A DNA stretch of 57,991 nucleotides from the NCBI GenBank assembly GCA_002305205.1, contig DBQJ01000021.1, positions 6,448 to 64,438 on the forward strand, read 5' to 3'. How positions within the stretch are numbered: position 1 is the stretch's first letter; each line of letters starts with the position of its first letter. Origin of the DNA: a candidate division WWE3 bacterium UBA1397. Lineage in GTDB: Bacteria > Patescibacteriota > WWE3 > UBA101185 > UBA10185. Below the pieces are notes generated by a model. It was not told where the DNA came from, made no database searches, and was given only the letters and a program-made list of their open reading frames with translations. This document shows positions 10,385 through 18,385 of this stretch, in pieces. Both the position numbers and the translations under genes were made by a program.

Positions 10385-10693
10385 ATGTTAGTGAAAACCG
10401 AATACACCTAAACGCTATGACTCGGAGTCCATGAATAACCAATAAATGGGGTCTAGCCGACGAGCGGCGGGAAGAACAGATACTTTGCAGAGTATCCCAG
10501 TAGAACCTGACGGAAGCCCCCGTTATCACAGGCTGAACTATAACCTTGCCAAGTTTCTTGGTTTCAAGAGTAGCCAATGAGCGTCTAACAGCGATGTTGG
10601 ACTAAAAGAGGGTGGTACCACGATATTGCGAAACCTATCGTCCCTCAGCATTATTTCTGTATTTTTACAGGCATAATGCTGGGGGATTTTTTT
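10385..10693 (+). promoter_or_regulatory. T-box leader (tRNA-sensing riboswitch) with intrinsic terminator
   Basis: T-box sequence AGAGGGTGGTACCACG at 10607-10622. F-box-like CCGTTA at about 10519. Two AGAGTA motifs. Terminator hairpin ccctcagcattat/ataatgctggggg (10642-10685) followed by a T-run. It lies immediately upstream of leuS. Confidence 0.75.
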
Positions 10694-10734
10694 GTTGTAC
10701 TAAGTTTATGCTTTAATTAAAGCAAGGAGATTAT

Positions 10735-12591
10735 ATGAAAAAAGAAAATAATGAAAATAGTGTATATGATTTTAAACAGGTAGAAGATAAGTGGTATAAG
10801 CAGTGGTACGGAAATAATATCTACGGTGTTCAGATAGATAGTACCAAGCCCAAGTTTTACTGTTTGGACACTTTTCCTTATCCTTCTGCTGATGGCGTAC
10901 ATATAGGATATGTCAAAAGCTTTGGAGGTATGGATGTTGTAGCCCGTTACAAACGAATGAAGGGTTTTAATGTTCTTTATGCAATGGGTTGGGACACACT
11001 TGGACTTCCAGCAGAAAACTACGCAATTAAAACTGGTATTCACCCAAGAGAAATAACCTACAAAAGCATTAAAAACTATAAGGAGCAGTTTAAGCACTTC
11101 GGTATTAGTTATGACTGGAACAGGGAAATAGATACAGCGGAGCCAATATATTACAGATGGACTCAATGGTTGTTTTTGCAAATGTACAAAAAAGGTTTGG
11201 CATACAAAAAGGAGTTTCCAGTTAATTGGTGCGAAAGCTGTAAAACCGTTATCTCAAACGAACAAGTTGTAGACGGAAAATGTGAAAGGTGCAAAGGTAC
11301 GGTCATACAAAAGCCATTACTGCAATGGTTTTTCAAAGTAAGTGCCTATAAAGAACGCTTGTACAAAGATACAGAAAAGCTTAACTGGGAAGAAAAATAT
11401 CTTAATCCGCACAGGAAATGGATTGAAGGTGTAAGAGATTGGTGCGTATCAAGACAAAGATATTGGGGTCCTCCTATACCAATTATTTATTGCCCAAAAT
11501 GTGGGGAAGTTCCTGTACCTGAAAAAGATTTGCCAGTTTTCTTGCCGATGAATGTAGATTTCACACCTACAGGTGAGCCACCCTTAGCTAAAGTAGACCA
11601 CTTTGTGAACACTACTTGCCCCAGGTGCGGCGAAGCAGCGAAGCGAGAGACTGACACCATGGACACTTTTGTGACTTCTGCATGGTATCAGTTTAGGTTT
11701 ACCGACCCAAATAATGACGATATGTTTGCATCACCTACTCAATTGGGTTATTGGGGTTGTGTCGACCACTATCAAGGAACTATTGAACATATTACAGCAC
11801 ATTTGATATATGCAAGGTTTGTAACGAAAGTTCTTTATGACGAAGGTCTCGTATCTTTTGACGAGCCTTTTCCTAAATACACACCTGTTGGATTACTTGT
11901 GGACAAAAGCGGTGAAAAATACTCTAAAAGATTGGGAAACGCTCCTGATACAAATGAACTGATTGCAAAATATGGTGGCGATTTGTTAAGACTTTCCTGT
12001 CAGTTTATTACCCCTTTTGATGACATCTCTCGCTGGGGAGAATCCGATATTGTAGGTGTTAAAAGGTTCTTTGATAGTGTATGGAACATCTTTGTGACTA
12101 AAGTTACTGATGATGTTGCAGAAGTACCTAGCAAAATAAGCTCTGACTTGAATAGACTTATAGGGGATGTAGAAGAAGCCATTGAAGCAATGAAGTTCAA
12201 TGTGGCAATTAGCAAGATGATGGTTTTTATTGCCTCTCTTAAAGACTTTGATACTGTCCCTGCTGAGGTGTGGGAAACATTTGTGAAACTTATTGCACCC
12301 TTCGCACCATTTGTTGCTGAGGAAATGTGGTCTCGCATGGGGTATACAACATCAGTACACTTAGCAAGTTTTCCGATTGTAAACAAAATCAGCTTGGAAC
12401 AGACTACTGTAAGAGTAAGTATTCAAGTTAATGGCAAACTTAAAGGTGTACTTGACCTTCCAGTAGGTGCTTCAAAAGAAGTTGCAGTTAAGGATTCGTT
12501 AGAAACAGAACGAGTTAGTCAGGTGTTAAAAGACAAGAACTATTCCGTTATTTATGTGCAGGATAAAGTTATTAACTTTGTGACTGAGTAG
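10735..12591 (+). CDS. leuS: leucyl-tRNA synthetase lacking the CP1 editing domain
   Basis: Colinear with bacterial LeuRS (PYPS..HIG., GWD.LGLPAE, NW.ES..TV.SNEQV, RDW.VSRQRYWG, ETDT.DTF, IEH...HL.Y.RF, C-terminal VNGK domain). Only 618 aa: RKWIEG joins directly to VRDWCVSRQRYWG. Confidence 0.85.
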   Translation: MKKENNENSVYDFKQVEDKWYKQWYGNNIYGVQIDSTKPKFYCLDTFPYPSADGVHIGYVKSFGGMDVVARYKRMKGFNVLYAMGWDTLGLPAENYAIKTGIHPREITYKSIKNYKEQFKHFGISYDWNREIDTAEPIYYRWTQWLFLQMYKKGLAYKKEFPVNWCESCKTVISNEQVVDGKCERCKGTVIQKPLLQWFFKVSAYKERLYKDTEKLNWEEKYLNPHRKWIEGVRDWCVSRQRYWGPPIPIIYCPKCGEVPVPEKDLPVFLPMNVDFTPTGEPPLAKVDHFVNTTCPRCGEAAKRETDTMDTFVTSAWYQFRFTDPNNDDMFASPTQLGYWGCVDHYQGTIEHITAHLIYARFVTKVLYDEGLVSFDEPFPKYTPVGLLVDKSGEKYSKRLGNAPDTNELIAKYGGDLLRLSCQFITPFDDISRWGESDIVGVKRFFDSVWNIFVTKVTDDVAEVPSKISSDLNRLIGDVEEAIEAMKFNVAISKMMVFIASLKDFDTVPAEVWETFVKLIAPFAPFVAEEMWSRMGYTTSVHLASFPIVNKISLEQTTVRVSIQVNGKLKGVLDLPVGASKEVAVKDSLETERVSQVLKDKNYSVIYVQDKVINFVTE

Positions 12592-12647
12592 GACTTGATT
12601 TTGCTTTACTATTTTACAAAGGGCACGCCGTTATGTAGGCTATTTTT

Positions 12648-13067
12648 ATGATAAATAGACGCTTAACGGTTGCCCAGCGTGTCTTCATTCAAAAATACAT
12701 TGAGACGGGTTCTTTAACCGAGGCAGCTTTAGTTGCTTATAAAGGTGTTAAAAACAGGCATACGGCGGCGGTAATTGGAAGTCAAAACATAAGAAAACCA
12801 GTAGTTACCCAACACTTGCAGAACTTTGATGAACGGTTTGAAATGTCCGATTACAAGCTGATTGAAAAACTTAAGCAAGCATTGGAAGCGTATAAGTATA
12901 TTTATAACCCTATTACCAATGAACAGATGAAAGTACCTGACTACTTTATTCAGTTGAAGGCTTTGGAGTTTATCTTTAAGCTTAAAAACTATTTTGCTTC
13001 GGTGGATAAAACGGAACCAGTAACCCACGGTATCGAAGTTAAGTTTCACTACAACAAGACAAAGTAA
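12648..13067 (+). CDS. terminase small-subunit-like HTH protein
   Basis: The N-terminus LTVAQRVFIQKYIETGSLTEAALVAYKGVKNRHTAAVIGSQNIRKPVV matches the Terminase_2-type pattern (LT.KQ..F...Y...N.T.AA..AGYS..TA...GS.LL..P.V). Confidence 0.55.
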   Translation: MINRRLTVAQRVFIQKYIETGSLTEAALVAYKGVKNRHTAAVIGSQNIRKPVVTQHLQNFDERFEMSDYKLIEKLKQALEAYKYIYNPITNEQMKVPDYFIQLKALEFIFKLKNYFASVDKTEPVTHGIEVKFHYNKTK

Positions 13068-13188
13068 ATCTGCTGTAGCCTTCTGGGTTCGGGGAGTCCC
13101 AGCAATCGAGCTGGGGTGTCTTCGCTTGTGAAAAGGGATTTCCAGGGTTACTAAGGCTGTAGGTGATAAAATCAGCTTATTAGATTAT

Positions 13189-14262
13189 ATGAGATTAGAT
13201 GTATCCCCCTTATGGGAAGAACTTAAAATATATGACCAGGTAAGTCTTGTAATGCAGCTGCTGGATTCGTTTTCCAAAGATACAAAGGATTTTACAAGAA
13301 AACTTGTACTTGTTAGGAATACAGACGATGAGGAGTCTGTTAAAAAGGATGCTTCATTATACGGATTCAGAAGCGAGGGAACATTGCTCGAACTGAAAAA
13401 TAATAAGGTTTTCAAAAGTTTCAGGAAAATCAGCAAAACTGCTTCACCATCGTATTCTGTGAAAATTGACTGGAAAAGTCTCCTAAAATATGCAGAAAAA
13501 CTTCACGATTTAGAGGCTGTGGATTCTTTCGCACTTGAAAGACCCAAAAAAAGTATGTTTCAGACCATAACCGAGATTACAAACAAGGAACATAGTAACG
13601 AGTTTGTGGTAACGGAAAAGATTTTAGGTACTTATTTTGACAATCCAGGGTTGGCACAAAAGCTAAGGAGAGAAGATAGCCCAGATACAAAAGCACCGTT
13701 CCTGACCGTTCTACGAGCCTTAGAACAGGAGAAAAAGATTCAATTGATGGAAATAGCCTTTGATTTTAGAAAACTTCCGTTACCTGCGAAAGATAAAGAT
13801 TTTGAAAGAGGAATACCTGTAGGTGAGGAAATAGAGTTTTTTACAGCAGAGCACTGTTTTGTAAATGTAAAAGTAATTGATGCTGCAACACTTAAAAAAG
13901 TATTTGGGACAACCAAGTCCGCCTATTTGGGAAAACCTAAACTATTTGAAAAACAAGGGTGGGGATATTTGCAGTATGGTAGTAGCAAGCCAGCAAAAAT
14001 AGGGAAGGTTTCGTCAAAACATTGGAAGCTGCTGGGGTTCACTTTTGATGTTTTAGGTGCAGAAAGAACAATACCTTCTGTTTTTGAAGAAATCGCAAAT
14101 AAGAAAGACCTGCAAAAATCAAAATCAGTAAACAGCATAGCCCCCATGGTATCGGTAATTGAATACGCCAATAAAGAACTGCAAAAAGGAAATAAACTCA
14201 AAGGTAGGTTAGCAATCGTTGTCGATGAAAAAAGAAATACTGTAAAGGCTACCATTGTTTAG
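13189..14262 (+). CDS. hypothetical protein (element A)
   Basis: 357-aa ORF with coding-like composition. No motif recognised. Confidence 0.5.
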   Translation: MRLDVSPLWEELKIYDQVSLVMQLLDSFSKDTKDFTRKLVLVRNTDDEESVKKDASLYGFRSEGTLLELKNNKVFKSFRKISKTASPSYSVKIDWKSLLKYAEKLHDLEAVDSFALERPKKSMFQTITEITNKEHSNEFVVTEKILGTYFDNPGLAQKLRREDSPDTKAPFLTVLRALEQEKKIQLMEIAFDFRKLPLPAKDKDFERGIPVGEEIEFFTAEHCFVNVKVIDAATLKKVFGTTKSAYLGKPKLFEKQGWGYLQYGSSKPAKIGKVSSKHWKLLGFTFDVLGAERTIPSVFEEIANKKDLQKSKSVNSIAPMVSVIEYANKELQKGNKLKGRLAIVVDEKRNTVKATIV

Positions 14263-14410
14263 AGTGCATTTTCCTTAATCATTTTTGGGGCTATCTGACT
14301 ATAGCCAGGATTCTGTTGCATTTACTTTGTAAACCCTGACCCATTTTTACTTAAAACACTCTCAAACCCTCCATTTATTTTGTTCAGTAAGGTCTCTTTA
14401 CAATAAACCT

Positions 14411-14674
14411 ATGAGACCAGAAAAGATTTATGAACAAAAGCCCTTCGCAATAAATGACATTGCACTTGCAGCAGCAGTTGTGTGTTTTCATCCATTGGTA
14501 GGTGTGGAAAAGTCTCCATTAAATCCACAAAAAGCGGTCTTCTTGTTTGAAGATTCTGAGCAGGTGCGGGAACTTGCTGATAAGTTTTGGAGAAAAGATT
14601 TGTTTGTTGAGGCTTCGGAATACTTTTCAAACATAAAGTTTTTGAAGGGGCGGATAAATGCCGAACATCTATGA
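14411..14674 (+). CDS. small conserved element protein (DUF5659-like by memory)
   Basis: 87 aa. Paralogous to 21989-22252 (shared ...LAA/LVAT...P...V.K..P.K.VF.F......Q...DKFWR..L.VE......N.K..K.R). Its stop overlaps the next start (ATGA). Confidence 0.5.
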   Translation: MRPEKIYEQKPFAINDIALAAAVVCFHPLVGVEKSPLNPQKAVFLFEDSEQVRELADKFWRKDLFVEASEYFSNIKFLKGRINAEHL

Positions 14675-14799
14675 GCGAAGTTGATGACAAAGCAATGTTG
14701 GAATACCTGCGTCAATTAGCGTGTTTCCTTCTGTCGCTGAGTGAAGGCAAGAAAGATGTGAGGAGAAAATATGAAAAAAGAACAAGAAAATCAAACTGA
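14671..14799 (+). CDS. micro-ORF (42 aa) conserved in all three elements
   Basis: Hand translation MSEVDDKAMLEYLRQLACFLLSLSEGKKDVRRKYEKRTRKSN. It shares the EYLRQ.A.FLL motif with 31316-31492 and DLADFLLSYF with 22255-22404, and is translationally coupled on both sides. Confidence 0.4.
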   Translation: MSEVDDKAMLEYLRQLACFLLSLSEGKKDVRRKYEKRTRKSN

Positions 14800-15658
14800 A
14801 AGTCCATTATCAAACTGGATAGTGTTTCCAAGAAGCATAGCCAGCTTATATAAAAACGGTGAAATCAACCGAGCAGAGTTTTTCGTATACTGCTACCTGC
14901 GTATTCAATGTAACCCATACGGAATCTGTACAACACATATGGAAGCAATTAGAGATGATGTCTTCGGAAAAGAAGGTGGTAAGAAATCAGTTTCCAAAAA
15001 CTATGTTAATAAAATACTTTTGTCCTTGAAAAGTAAGAGGTTGCTATTTTATTTGGATAGAACTGGGAGGTCAGGTTCGTTTGAGGTTCATTTTCCTGAT
15101 TTTATCGACCCTACCAAGAAAATCACCAGCATCGAACACTTGTTTATCAAGGAGGCAAGTCAGCAGGAGATTGGTGCTGTAGATGACAAAAAGTCAGAGG
15201 ATAGTACAGAGGTTGAAGTAAAAAATCAGAAGTTGGTAGTGCCAGATAATGTTGATTTAGCTATTAAACAGGGTATTAATGAATCTGGAGAGTTCAGAGG
15301 TTATAATAACGATACCGATACTCAAAAGAAGATTGAAAATACCGATTTATCGGTTTCTTATAAAGTAGGAAGCAAAGACAGGGAAAGAACCGATACCGAT
15401 TATGTGTGTAAAAACCCTACCGATAGTTTCATACCGACACTTTATGAGGAAGAAACAGCTAAATCGATAGCTGAAAGCGTTGGAGAAAAATGCATGGATA
15501 GATATCTTGGGCTGATTAAAAAAGGTTATTTCTGGGTTTTGGAGAAAGCATACGGTGAGTACAGCGAAGATGTCGGGAAAGGCAATAAAATAGATGTACC
15601 CGCCGCTTATATAAACGGAATAATTATTAGGATTCTTAAAGAAAGAATCGGAAAGTAA
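14771..15658 (+). CDS. winged-helix-like DNA-binding protein (putative replication/regulatory protein), paralog of 31464-32348
   Basis: 295 aa. The N-terminal 115 aa are clearly homologous to the element C copy (WI.FPR.I.S.YKNGEINR.E......LR.Q.NPYGI...LEAIR.DVFGK...NYVNKILLSLK.KR). C-terminal AYINGIIIRILKE is DnaD-like. Confidence 0.6.
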   Translation: MKKEQENQTESPLSNWIVFPRSIASLYKNGEINRAEFFVYCYLRIQCNPYGICTTHMEAIRDDVFGKEGGKKSVSKNYVNKILLSLKSKRLLFYLDRTGRSGSFEVHFPDFIDPTKKITSIEHLFIKEASQQEIGAVDDKKSEDSTEVEVKNQKLVVPDNVDLAIKQGINESGEFRGYNNDTDTQKKIENTDLSVSYKVGSKDRERTDTDYVCKNPTDSFIPTLYEEETAKSIAESVGEKCMDRYLGLIKKGYFWVLEKAYGEYSEDVGKGNKIDVPAAYINGIIIRILKERIGK

Positions 15659-15682
15659 CAATTTCTGCTTAGTTTTTGAAAT

Positions 15683-17266
15683 ATGTATGGATTAGAAGAA
15701 CTAAAACCAAAAGTTGGAACAAAACTGAAAGCTGTTGATTATGAAAGAGTCAGCACGCCTGGACAGGTTGTAAACGGTCATTCAATGGAGGTGCAGAAAA
15801 AGATGTTCACTACGCTTGTCGAACAGCACGATATTGAGGTTCTTAAAACATTTGAAGACCCTGGACGTTCTGCAAGAGATTTGAATAGGCGTGACATAGA
15901 AGAACTGATGGATTTTTGTGATGATAATGCCGCAGTACTTGATGTTGTTTTTGTACAAGATACTTCACGGCTTTGTCGCAATGTTCAAGACCACTTAGCC
16001 CTCAAAGCCTTCTTGAAGAAGCGTAATATAAAACTTATTCCTTTAGACGGTTATTTTGGAGAGGGAGACGAAGCGGAGTTTGCAGATGTTGTGGTGGCGG
16101 CTATAAATCAGCTGGAAAGCCGTAGAACTGCGAAAAAAACAAAAAGAGTAATGAAGGCTCTTGCTGAGAAGGGTATAAAACCTGGGATGTCAGGGATAGG
16201 CTATCTAAACTCATACCAGAAAGACAAACCCATATACCCAGACCCCGAACGCCGATACTTTATTTATGATATTTACGAGCTATGGTTGACAGGTAATTAT
16301 TCCGTTGCCAGTATCGCTGATATTGAGTTTTCAAAAGGATTTCGTACAAAAAGTGGCGGAAAAGTTCAGAAAAACACAATTACCAATATCCTCAAAAATA
16401 TACTTTATGCAGGTGGTTTGAAATATGATGGCGTAGAATATGAAAAGGCGGCACATGAAGCCATCGTTCCACCTGACTGGTACAACCGCTCTCTTGCTAT
16501 GTTTGAGAAGAAAAACAAAGGTGCCAACCGAAACAGAAAACATACAACCTTATTAGCAGGTTATTGCTACTGCTTAAAATGTGGTCGTCAGATGGCGGCT
16601 GAGTATCACCCACGGGCAAACTACTATTCTTGTGGCAGTTGTGAAAAGACCAATGTACCACTTGAAAAAGTTGACAAGAAAGTGCGGGCTTTCTTTCATG
16701 GTACTGTGTTTTCTGAAAAAGCATTGGAAAATCTACGAAATGTTTTATATGAAGTCAAAGCCGAGCAAGGCATTAGTGTTCCTGAACAACTTAAAACACT
16801 TAGACAAAGGCGAGATATTTTGGATAAAAAAATGAAGCAGCTTGAAGATAAGATGTTTGGTGGTGATGACCTCGTCGATTCCGAAAGACTAAAAGAACGC
16901 TACAAGCCCCTTAAAGAGGAACTTAAACAGGTAGATGAGCAAATAGCCCAGATGGATAAACCCTCAACTACTCTTAAAGATTCTGAGATTGAAAAAGTCA
17001 TCAAAGGTATGCGGAACATTGGTGAGCTTTATGATGCCATGACAAAGATTCAGCAAAAGCAGTTTTTACGCTTTTTTATTTCAAAGGCTTTCTTGGAAAA
17101 GGAACGGCTGATAACGAGTTTTGAGTATGTACCAGAGTTTAAGGCTTTAATATCAAGAGACTTGGTTCGTATAAAGTCCAATTGGCTCGCTTGCTGGAAC
17201 GATTTTCGTACATTAGAAATAGAGAGTTTTGTTTATGAGGAAGCTTTAGCAGTATTAAGCGCATAA
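15683..17266 (+). CDS. large serine recombinase (element A)
   Basis: Resolvase catalytic domain (AVDYERVSTPGQ with the catalytic Ser; DTSRLCR), recombinase domain, Cys4 zinc ribbon (CLKCG...CGSC), and coiled coil. The last 22 codons lie beyond the core at 17191. Confidence 0.9.
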   Translation: MYGLEELKPKVGTKLKAVDYERVSTPGQVVNGHSMEVQKKMFTTLVEQHDIEVLKTFEDPGRSARDLNRRDIEELMDFCDDNAAVLDVVFVQDTSRLCRNVQDHLALKAFLKKRNIKLIPLDGYFGEGDEAEFADVVVAAINQLESRRTAKKTKRVMKALAEKGIKPGMSGIGYLNSYQKDKPIYPDPERRYFIYDIYELWLTGNYSVASIADIEFSKGFRTKSGGKVQKNTITNILKNILYAGGLKYDGVEYEKAAHEAIVPPDWYNRSLAMFEKKNKGANRNRKHTTLLAGYCYCLKCGRQMAAEYHPRANYYSCGSCEKTNVPLEKVDKKVRAFFHGTVFSEKALENLRNVLYEVKAEQGISVPEQLKTLRQRRDILDKKMKQLEDKMFGGDDLVDSERLKERYKPLKEELKQVDEQIAQMDKPSTTLKDSEIEKVIKGMRNIGELYDAMTKIQQKQFLRFFISKAFLEKERLITSFEYVPEFKALISRDLVRIKSNWLACWNDFRTLEIESFVYEEALAVLSA

Positions 17267-17330
17267 TTACCCCACACCTTCACACACTATATCTCTAACC
17301 TTTTTATCCTTATAGTTGTAGAATGGGGCT

Positions 17331-18131
17331 ATGGCGTTGTCCAAACGGCTTAGATTCAAAATATTCGAAAAGTATAACTTTACTTGTCAGTATTGTGGTA
17401 GGAAACCTCCCGAGGTTGTACTTGAGGTAGACCATGTGGTTTCTAGAAAAGATGGTGGGTTAGATGAAGAGATGAACCTTATTTGCAGTTGTTTTGATTG
17501 TAACCGAGGAAAGCGTGAAACATCGTTAGACATCCAAAAAATAAAAAATCAGAACTTTAAGAAAGAGCTGGAATATCTCGAAGAGAGACAGCAGCAACTT
17601 GAAGCTTACTATAACTTTATAAAGCGTAAAGAAGAACTAGAGAATGAAGAGCTGTCTGTATTTCAAAGAGCTTGGGAAGATTCATCTCAGGGAGAGAACT
17701 CCTTAACTGACCACGGTTTGAACGAGATAAGGAAGTTAAAAGAAGCTTATCCAACTGAATTAGTATTAGAGGCAATTAAGCTGGCGTGGAAAAATGAAAA
17801 AGTAGCTAATAATGAGAAGTTTAGATATATGTGCGGAATATTAAAGAATAAGCAGCGGATAAGTGAGGACCCCGAAACCGAAGAACATGTAAGGATAGAG
17901 ATGAAGAAGTTTTTTGAAGGGTGGAATCATTATAGTAATAGAAGTGGTTTTGGTCCTGTTACAGTAGATTATAACCTGAAAAATGAGATTGCCGAAATCT
18001 TTAAGTTTGGTTGGTCTTATACTGATATTGCGGATTATGTAAAAGAAACCTTTGATTTTCATCATTACGATTACAGTTATCAACTAACGAAGTTACTTAA
18101 GCAGGATAAAAGGATATATAAGCACGATTAA
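17331..18131 (+). CDS. HNH endonuclease fused to a DnaD-like C-terminal region
   Basis: CQYCG...VDHVVSRKDGG...NLICSCFDCNRGK (HNH). C-terminal LVLEAIKLAWKNEK...FRYMCGILKNK resembles replisome-organiser/DnaD C-terminal repeats. Confidence 0.75.
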   Translation: MALSKRLRFKIFEKYNFTCQYCGRKPPEVVLEVDHVVSRKDGGLDEEMNLICSCFDCNRGKRETSLDIQKIKNQNFKKELEYLEERQQQLEAYYNFIKRKEELENEELSVFQRAWEDSSQGENSLTDHGLNEIRKLKEAYPTELVLEAIKLAWKNEKVANNEKFRYMCGILKNKQRISEDPETEEHVRIEMKKFFEGWNHYSNRSGFGPVTVDYNLKNEIAEIFKFGWSYTDIADYVKETFDFHHYDYSYQLTKLLKQDKRIYKHD

Positions 18132-18385
18132 ATCTTTATCAATAATATAACCCGTTTTTAACTTCAATAAAGTAATATACTATGATAATATAGGGTTAAT
18201 GCCTAATCCCACTGCTACAGCTATGACTTATTCAGTTATTCTTACAAACAATCTACCCGCCCAACAAATAACTCAAGTGGTTGAGGATTGGAAGGTATGT
18301 AGGATTCTTTCCCCAGAAGAACTAAGGTCAAAAGCAATAGACGAAGATGCAAAGAATGTAAAAAGTACAAATAAAGACAAGCAAA

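Larger units (their letters stand above)
10306..17198 (+). mobile_element. element A (T-box-leuS, terS-like, wHTH protein, recombinase RecA-type)
   Basis: Bounded by host|core|arm at 10306 and recombinase|core at 17191. All genes are on the + strand. Confidence 0.7.

Noticed and set aside
10383-11181. Minus-strand track ORFs 10383-10577 (64 aa) and 10717-11181 (154 aa).
   Set aside because: They lie antisense to the T-box leader and to leuS respectively. They have odd composition and no motif, so they are treated as shadow ORFs.
10735-12591. leuS as a decaying pseudogene (because it is short and has deviant HIGH/KMSKS motifs).
   Set aside because: A single uninterrupted 618-codon frame, a seamless junction at the CP1 boundaries, retention of the Zn modules and the C-terminal tRNA-binding domain, and an intact T-box/terminator upstream all argue for a functional, streamlined gene.
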